Positions 7,929 to 13,504 of a stretch of 13,504 nt of DNA are shown here, piece by piece. Under the pieces are notes generated by a model. That model did no database searches and was not told where the DNA came from. It saw only the letters and a program-made list of their open reading frames with translations. A program made the position numbers and the translations under genes. The first letter of the stretch is position 1; every line of letters starts with the position of its first letter. Source of the DNA: Candidatus Sericytochromatia bacterium (GTDB lineage: Bacteria; Cyanobacteriota; Sericytochromatia; S15B-MN24; JAQBPE01); assembly GCA_035285125.1 (NCBI GenBank), contig JAYKHR010000152.1, positions 1 to 13,504 on the forward strand, read 5' to 3'.

Positions 7929-8375
7929 GTGGCCGCGCCCATCCAGGACGACATCTCCCTCCTGCCCGTGTTCCGGGCGCTGATGACCTGCCACACGCAG
8001 GTGTCTCGCGTGGCCGCGCGGCAGATCGAGGGAATGGGCCTGACGCCCTCGCAGTTCGACGTCATCGTCACGCTGGGCGACACACCGGGGATGACGTGCA
8101 GCGAACTCGGGCGCCGGACGCTCATCTCCAAAGGCACGCTGACGCCGGTGCTCGATCGCCTCGAGGCGCGCGGCCTCGTCGCCCGGCGGCGCGGCGAGAC
8201 GGACGCGCGCCAGGTCCACGTGGCGCTGACCGAGGCCGGCGCCGCCGAGTACGCGCGCGTGTTCCCGCCCCACATCGACTTCATGCGGACCTACCTCGAT
8301 CGCCTCCCCCCTGCGCGGCAGGCGGTCCTCATCGAGGCCCTCGGCGACCTCCAGCGCCTCTTCGAGGACGCCTGA
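7929..8375 (+). CDS. MarR family transcriptional regulator
   Basis: GLTPSQFDVIVTL...MTCSELGRRTLISKGTLTPVLDRLEARGLVARR...DARQVHVALTEAG winged-helix pattern. Confidence 0.95.
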   Translation: MAAPIQDDISLLPVFRALMTCHTQVSRVAARQIEGMGLTPSQFDVIVTLGDTPGMTCSELGRRTLISKGTLTPVLDRLEARGLVARRRGETDARQVHVALTEAGAAEYARVFPPHIDFMRTYLDRLPPARQAVLIEALGDLQRLFEDA

Positions 8376-8463
8376 GCCTGGCGAGGCCGGGCCCCTTCGG
8401 CCTGGCCGCCTCGGGCCCCGCTCGCAGGCCTGCCCTCCAAGGTCCAGGCGCAACGTTCGCGCC

Positions 8464-8495
8464 GTAACGCCCCTGTAACGCCCCGGTCGTAAGGT
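8464..8495 (+). promoter_or_regulatory. Tandem direct repeat plus -10-like box upstream of pha genes
   Basis: GTAACGCCCC-T-GTAACGCCCC (11-bp period), then TAAGGT at 8490-8495. Confidence 0.45.
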
Positions 8496-8527
8496 GGTCT
8501 CGTTCCCGCCAACGACTGGAGGTCCCG

Positions 8528-8920
8528 ATGGCCACCGCATCCCCCTCGACGCCGCCGCTGCCCACGTGGAAGCACGTCTACGATCGCACGGAGGCCTTCT
8601 GGACGGGGCCGCTGCAGGCCCTGCTCGGCTCGGAGAGCTACCTGACGGCCGCCAGCGTGCTCCGCGAGGCCTCGCTGACGCGCCACAAGGTGACGCGGGA
8701 GACGCTCGACGCCTACTGGGAGACCATGCGGCTCCCCTCGACCGCCGACCACGCGCGGCTGGCCGGCCAGGTGGTGCAGCTCGAGCACAAGGTTGAGCTG
8801 CTTCACGACCGCCTCGACGCCATCGGCCAGCAGCTGGAGGCCCTCCTGGCCGCCGTCAACGGCGCCCGGGCCGACGACCACCGCCGCGCCGGCAAGCCGA
8901 AGTCCCCCGCCGAGGCCTGA
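8528..8920 (+). CDS. phaR: PHA synthase small subunit (Bacillus PhaR-like / short PhaE-like)
   Basis: WKHVYDRTEAFW and MRLPSTADHARLAGQVVQLEHKVELLHDRLD coiled-coil motif, as in PhaR/PhaE; GGAGG RBS; lies upstream of phaC. Confidence 0.75.
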   Translation: MATASPSTPPLPTWKHVYDRTEAFWTGPLQALLGSESYLTAASVLREASLTRHKVTRETLDAYWETMRLPSTADHARLAGQVVQLEHKVELLHDRLDAIGQQLEALLAAVNGARADDHRRAGKPKSPAEA

Positions 8921-8983
8921 GCCCCAGGCCCGCCCCCGCGGGTCGAAGCCCCGCCCGCCCCCCCGTACAGAGAGGAGTTCCCA

Positions 8984-9325
8984 ATGACCCCCACCACCGA
9001 AGCCCCCCGCCCCTCGTTCGCCACTGACATGATGGACGTCTGGCTGCAGTCCTACAAGACGGCCTTCTGGGGCCAGGAGCAGCTCGAGACGTTGACGGCC
9101 AGCTGGATGGGCCAGGCGCGCACGATGCGCCACGACGGCCAGAAGGTGCTGGAGGTGATGGTGTCCCAGGCCCAGCAGCACGCCGACGAGACGTCGCGCA
9201 CGGCTGAGGCCACCGTGCGCCAGATGATGGCCGCGGTCCCCGCCTGGGACGCCCTGACCTCCGCCGACCTGCGCCGCCAGGTGGCCGAGCTGTCTGCCAA
9301 GGTCGACACCCTCAGCGCCCGCTAA
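8984..9325 (+). CDS. Phasin-like PHA granule-associated protein
   Basis: Small helical Ala/Gln-rich protein (WGQEQLETL...; ADLRRQVAELSAKVD) between the phaR-like gene and phaC; AGGAG RBS. Confidence 0.6.
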   Translation: MTPTTEAPRPSFATDMMDVWLQSYKTAFWGQEQLETLTASWMGQARTMRHDGQKVLEVMVSQAQQHADETSRTAEATVRQMMAAVPAWDALTSADLRRQVAELSAKVDTLSAR

Positions 9326-9384
9326 GCCCCCGGGCGGGCCGGGGACGCCCCCGGCCCGCCGCCACGCCGCGAAGGAACCTGCCC

Positions 9385-10449
9385 ATGCGCCCCACCGCCG
9401 ACTGGATCGAACAGGCCCGCCACGAGCTCGACAGGGCCTGGCGCCGCAACGAGGCCCTGGTCAAGCACGCCCTGCGGCCAGGCGCCGTGGCCGTGGGCCA
9501 GACGCCAAAGGACGTCATCTGGGCCTACAACAAGGCCAAGCTCTACCGCTACCACCAGCCCAACCAGCGCCACGCCACCCCGCTGTTCCTGGTCTACGCC
9601 CTGATCAACCGGCCCTACATCCTGGACCTCACGCCGGGCAACAGCCTGGTGGAGTACCTCGTGGGCGAGGGCTACGACGTCTACATGCTCGACTGGGGGC
9701 GCCCAGGCGAGGAGGACGCGGGGCTGACGTTGGACGACTACGTCCTCACCTACCTCCACCGCGCGGCCCAGCAGGTGCTCCGGGCGTCGGGGCAGCCCCG
9801 GCTCTCGCTGCTCGGCTACTGCCAGGGCGGCACGCTCTCCACGCTCTACGCGGCCCTGCACCCCGAGGTGGTGAAGAACCTCATCTTGCTGACGACGCCC
9901 ATCGACTTCAAGGACGCAGGCCTCTACACCACCTGGCTCGACCCGAGGCACTTCGACGTCGATCGCCTCGCCGACGTGATGGGCCTCATTCCAGCCGGAA
10001 TGATGGACCTCGGGGCCAAGCTGCTCAAGCCGATGCAGAACCTGTACGGCCCCTACGTCACCCTGCTCGACCGGCTCGACGACGACGCCTTCGTCGAGGG
10101 CTGGCGCGTGATGGACCAGTGGGTGAACGACGGCGTCCCCTTTCCGGGCGCCGCCTATCGGCAGTGGGTGAAGCACTTCTACCAGGGCAACCAGCTCGTC
10201 AAGGGCGAGCTGACGCTGGGCGGGCGGCCCGTGCGCCTGTCGGGCATCTCGGCCGCGCTGCTGAACGTCTACGCCGAGCTCGACCACATCTGCCAGCCGT
10301 GCCAGTCGAAGCCGCTGATGGACCACGTGACGAGCACCGACAAGACGCTGTTGCCCGTGAAGGCCGGCCACGTGGGCGTGGTCGCCGGACGGGCCGCGCG
10401 GAAGACCTTCTTCCCGAAGCTCGAGGCCTGGCTGGCTGAGCGGAGCTGA
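9385..10449 (+). CDS. phaC: Polyhydroxyalkanoate synthase PhaC (class III/IV size, Bacillus class IV-like)
   Basis: VGQTPKDVIW..NKAKLYRY, YALINRPYILDLTPGNSLVEYL, lipase box GYCQGG (Cys at 9820-9822), catalytic DHI and GH motifs; 354 aa. Confidence 0.95.
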   Translation: MRPTADWIEQARHELDRAWRRNEALVKHALRPGAVAVGQTPKDVIWAYNKAKLYRYHQPNQRHATPLFLVYALINRPYILDLTPGNSLVEYLVGEGYDVYMLDWGRPGEEDAGLTLDDYVLTYLHRAAQQVLRASGQPRLSLLGYCQGGTLSTLYAALHPEVVKNLILLTTPIDFKDAGLYTTWLDPRHFDVDRLADVMGLIPAGMMDLGAKLLKPMQNLYGPYVTLLDRLDDDAFVEGWRVMDQWVNDGVPFPGAAYRQWVKHFYQGNQLVKGELTLGGRPVRLSGISAALLNVYAELDHICQPCQSKPLMDHVTSTDKTLLPVKAGHVGVVAGRAARKTFFPKLEAWLAERS

Positions 10450-10500
10450 CTCCTCGCGGCCCCGCGCCCCGCGGGCGACCGCATCACAACCTTCCAGTTT

Positions 10501-10560
10501 TCACGCCATCCCAGCGTCCGCCACGATCGCCAGCCGATCGGGGCGGGCGCCGTGGCGTGA
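10501..10560. repeat. Long imperfect inverted repeat
   Basis: TCACGCCA/TGGCGTGA outer stem; GCGTCCGCCACGATCG/CGATCGGGGCGGGCGC inner stem; 5-nt loop. Confidence 0.65.
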
Positions 10561-10579
10561 CCTTCAGCCCCGCCGGGGG

Positions 10580-10979
10580 TCACTGGGGGATGACGAAGCG
10601 CTGGACGCCGCCCGCGAGTTGGACCGTCTCCAACGCGGAGAGATCCCCCGTCACGGGCCACGCACGAATGTAAGCGGTCCCGGTTCTGAGACTGAAGGCC
10701 CAGGAACGACCGCCCCTCACCACGCCGCCATAAGCGGCGATCGGGAAAGGGCTGGAGGCCTCCACGAGGCACTGGAGGCCATTGCGCCGGTGACGGTGAA
10801 TGCCGCCAAACGCCATGGACGAGCCCAGGAGACGGTGGGCTCGCCATCGCGCTGCGGAAGCCCTCCAGGTCCCTCACCTCCCCATCTCCGCCGACGCCCG
10901 TGAGGAGGTCGGCGGCCACTTGCGGCTTGCCTGCGAGGGCCGTTTCAACCTGCTTCGCCGCCTGCTCGGCCGCCGCGTA
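10580..10979 (-). pseudogene. Internally deleted, frameshifted paralog of the 11723-13482 gene
   Basis: Three collinear blocks match the large protein: AAAEQAAKQVETALAGKP...LEGFRSAMA; IAAYGGVVRGGRSWAFS...WPVTGDLSALETVQ; GGVQRFVIPQ*. Confidence 0.88.
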
Positions 10980-11097
10980 GGCCTGCCGGGGCCGGAGGCG
11001 CTGGCGCGGATGGAGGGGATGGCCATCGAGACGCTGGAAGACCTCGCGGAGGCGCTGCTGGATTTCCACGGGCCCGAGGACCTCGCGACCGCCTGGA
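10948..11097 (+). pseudogene. DUF4351-like domain fragment (C-terminus of Rpn/PD-(D/E)XK-type proteins)
   Basis: LLRRLLGRRVGLPGPEALARMEGMAIETLEDLAEALLDFHGPEDLATAW fits the recalled pattern L.RR.G......I..L..E.LE.LAEALLDF....DL..WL; no N-terminal domain is present. Confidence 0.7.
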
Positions 11098-11374
11098 AGA
11101 AAGGCGACACGCGCAGCCGCGGCTCATTCCACGCCTCGCGGCTCTTGATGGCCGAGGTGATGACCTCGCCCGTCTCCCACTCCAGATCGTAGAGCGCACG
11201 CCGGATGGCCCGCTTGCGGGTGAGGTCGACCACGCCATCCACCAGCACGAGCAGGTCCCAGGCTGAGTCGACTTGCGCCGTTCCGCGCGCACGGGAGCCG
11301 TACAGGATGACGGTGGCCTCAGGCTCGATGGCCTGGATGGCAGCCTTGATGCGGCGGGCGAGGGCAGCGGGCAT
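11082..11374 (-). pseudogene. Minimal nucleotidyltransferase (MNT antitoxin-like), C-terminus apparently lost
   Basis: MPAALARRIKAAIQAIEPEATVILYGSRARGTAQVDSAWDLLVLVD...LYDLEWETG..I......W....SPFFQAVAR. The usual DSDxD reads DSAWD, the expected EG..L* end is missing, and the ORF runs on to 10874 through unrelated antisense sequence. Confidence 0.78.
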
Positions 11375-11517
11375 GGCAAAGGGTGGCACGAACAGGGAGG
11401 GAGCCAACCATCTTATGACCAGCCGGTGCGGGAACGGATGGGGCACCTTGAGATCAGGCGGGAGGCGCTGGCGCCCTCGTTTCCGGCGCTGGCGGAGGTG
11501 GCCAGGAGCTCCGAGCC

Positions 11518-11592
11518 CTCGCGCAGTACGAGGGCCTCTACGCGAGCGTGCTCTACAGCCACCTCGCCGCCCTCGGCCTCGACACGCGGGTC
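11518..11592 (+). pseudogene. Fragment of an AAA-ATPase/PD-(D/E)XK nuclease family protein
   Basis: LAQYEGLYASVLYSHLAALGLDTRV resembles the recalled motif IA.YEGYYASVFYSHFAALGLD.RVED that precedes the GRID nuclease motif; the flanks are missing. Confidence 0.6.
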
Positions 11593-11596
11593 GCGG

Positions 11597-11644
11597 GTGG
11601 ACGCCAAGACGCCCGAGGATCTCGGGGCCTGGCTGGCAGGGCTG
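11597..11644 (+). pseudogene. Second DUF4351-like tail fragment
   Basis: VDAKTPEDLGAWLAGL; DNA GCCCGAGGATCTCG (11611) resembles GCCCGAGGACCTCG (11072). Confidence 0.4.
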
Positions 11645-11722
11645 CCACAGCCCTCCCGCGGACCCCGGCCGGAGGCTGCGGGAGGGGGGCGAAGCGCAGG
11701 GGCGACGGCCCGGGCGGTGCCT

Positions 11723-13387
11723 CTATTGCGGGATGGTGAACCGCTGGACGCCGCCAGTAGTAATAGCAAACACCACGCTGCCTGCCCGCGCCTGCGCCCC
11801 GCCAAAGGGGAAGTTCCCCGTGTAGCTCGCGATCGGGTCCGGGTCGATGGCGCTGGAGGCGGCCCGGGGGTTGGTGATCCGGTACACGGAGCCACCCGCG
11901 GCCGCATACAGCGTCGAACCGGCCGCCGCAACCCCGCCGTAGCGGTCAGCCCCGGGGCCGGAGAAGGTGTAAATGCGTTCTGCCACCGTGCCGGTCGCGT
12001 AGGTGTCGTGACGATACAGATTCTTGTTAGGGTCAATCCAGTAGATGTGGGTCGACCCGCCGTCTGCTTGGACGGCGAGGGCGTAGCCATTTTCCCCCGA
12101 CATGTCGGAGGCAATGGACAGATCACGTCCGTTGAACTGCACCGTTTCAGAGGCCGAGAGGTCGCCAGACAGGGGCCAGGAGCGAATAGTAGTTCCAGAG
12201 AACGCCCAGTAGCGACCGTTTGCCACGACGCCGCCGTAGGCAGCCACCTCTACGGAGCCGGACGCCTCCTCCGTGTAGGTACCGGCGCCAGTCCGCCGGA
12301 AACGACGAATGCCGGGCGCTGCCTGCGAGCTGACCATGATGGTCGTGCTCGCAGGCAGCGCCCCGAGGCCTGTAGGAAACACCTGCGCCCCGAGGTCCGC
12401 CGTGGCGACGAGATCACCTGCCTGATCGAAGAGGTAGAGGTCACCGTCGGACGCATACGGGGCGGCCAGGGTGTAGTACGACCGGGCCGAGTCGACCGCT
12501 GACAGGTCGCCATAGACGGTAAGGCCCATCGGAGACACAATCGACATCGTGACGGGCGAGTCCGCCGGGGCCACCGGCGGGGCCGCCGCCGGGGCCGCCT
12601 CCTCCCCGCGGGACCGCTTGCGCTCCGGCGTCGGCACGTAGTTGCTCGTCACCGACCCGCCGAGCGAGGCCACGCTGCCGCCCGTGAAGCTGAAGCCCCC
12701 GTCCTCCCGGATCGTCACCCGGTCCAGCGGGAAGTCCTCCGCCGTGATGGCGTCCAGCGTCCCCTCGGCCGTCAGCTGCTGCGCCGTCACGGCCACCAGC
12801 CGCCCCTGCACCGCCTCGAACACCTTGTCGAACACGCCGAGCTTCGCCATCGCCGAGCGGAAGCCGTCGAGCTCCTTCACCTCGCCGTCCGCGCCCACGC
12901 TCACCACGAGGTCCGAGGCCAGCTCCGGCTTCGCCGCGAGCGCGGCCTCAACTTCCTTCGCCGCCGCCTCCGCCGCCGCGAGGGCCGCCGCCCGCTCGGC
13001 CTCGCGGGCCTCCCTCGGCAGCTGGAACGTCAGCTTCAGCGCGCCCTCGAAGGCCTTCGCCGCCGCCGTCGTCGCCGCCGTCAGCTTCAGCCGGATGGTG
13101 ATGGAGACGGCCTGCCCCTGCGCCAGCTTGTAGCTCGCCCCCTGCGCGCCCGCCGCGCCCACCGCCCGGCCCCGGGCGTCGAAGAGCGCCGTGTAGGTCT
13201 GCGAGCCGCTCACGGCCACCAGCTTCACGAGCTGGTCGTCCGCCAGCTTCGGCAGCTCCAGGTCGAAGGCGCCCTTCGCGTCCGTGCGCTGCGTGCCCGT
13301 GGCGCCGTTGCCTGCGTCGGACCACGCCCTGAGCGTCAGCGCCTGGCCCGTGGCGAGGTCGATCGCCGTCAGCGTCGCGTCCGCCAC
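11723..13387 (-). CDS. Large hypothetical exported protein (Ala-rich N-terminal part, Pro/Ala linker, beta-propeller-like C-terminal domain); 5' end probably frameshifted
   Basis: 554-aa ORF with strong coding bias; the frame stays open to the window end. An out-of-frame RBS plus ATG at 13482 encodes MLRRRHLLQATALL. Confidence 0.8.
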   Translation of the reverse strand: MADATLTAIDLATGQALTLRAWSDAGNGATGTQRTDAKGAFDLELPKLADDQLVKLVAVSGSQTYTALFDARGRAVGAAGAQGASYKLAQGQAVSITIRLKLTAATTAAAKAFEGALKLTFQLPREAREAERAAALAAAEAAAKEVEAALAAKPELASDLVVSVGADGEVKELDGFRSAMAKLGVFDKVFEAVQGRLVAVTAQQLTAEGTLDAITAEDFPLDRVTIREDGGFSFTGGSVASLGGSVTSNYVPTPERKRSRGEEAAPAAAPPVAPADSPVTMSIVSPMGLTVYGDLSAVDSARSYYTLAAPYASDGDLYLFDQAGDLVATADLGAQVFPTGLGALPASTTIMVSSQAAPGIRRFRRTGAGTYTEEASGSVEVAAYGGVVANGRYWAFSGTTIRSWPLSGDLSASETVQFNGRDLSIASDMSGENGYALAVQADGGSTHIYWIDPNKNLYRHDTYATGTVAERIYTFSGPGADRYGGVAAAGSTLYAAAGGSVYRITNPRAASSAIDPDPIASYTGNFPFGGAQARAGSVVFAITTGGVQRFTIPQ

Positions 13388-13504
13388 CGGCGCGTCGTTG
13401 AAGACGACGCTGCCCGTGAGGCGCTGGCGCGCGTCGGCCGCAACAGGGCGGTGGCCTGGAGCAAATGGCGTCGGCGCAGCATCGGGATCCTCGTCTCGTG
13501 CACC

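Noticed and set aside
10800..11192. 130-aa plus ORF as an intact gene
   Set aside because: Only the middle is DUF4351-like; the flanks are antisense to the paralog remnant and the MNT.
11426..11500. VRERMGHLEI, resembling the tyrosine-recombinase LGH box
   Set aside because: Too short, and no catalytic Tyr or HxxR motif nearby.
10450..11720. Integron cassette array or DGR template/variable repeat pair
   Set aside because: No recurring attC-like sites, integrase or reverse transcriptase; paralog differences are not adenine-specific and are too extensive.

Overview
High-GC bacterial window with three zones. (1) 1-1299 is the edge of a decayed island next to the 3' end of a minus-strand tRNA-His(GTG). 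It holds a 5'-truncated HNH nuclease, a small secreted protein and a stop-interrupted C-terminal remnant of a large serine recombinase that reads into the tRNA. (2) 1355-10449 holds intact genes: a family-3 acyltransferase, a Pro-rich protein ending in a FrpC self-processing-module-like Ca-binding domain (Ser-Pro in place of Asp-Pro), a circularly permuted PafA-type alkaline phosphatase, an ABC-2 exporter divergent from a MarR regulator, and a phaR-like/phasin-like/phaC cluster resembling Bacillus class IV PHA synthase. (3) 10500-13504 is an accessory zone. A large two-part minus-strand protein has an out-of-frame signal peptide and is followed by fused gene fragments: DUF4351 twice, an AAA/PD-(D/E)XK piece, an MNT, and a doubly deleted paralog of the large protein. 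All family assignments come from motifs recognised by eye, not from database searches.
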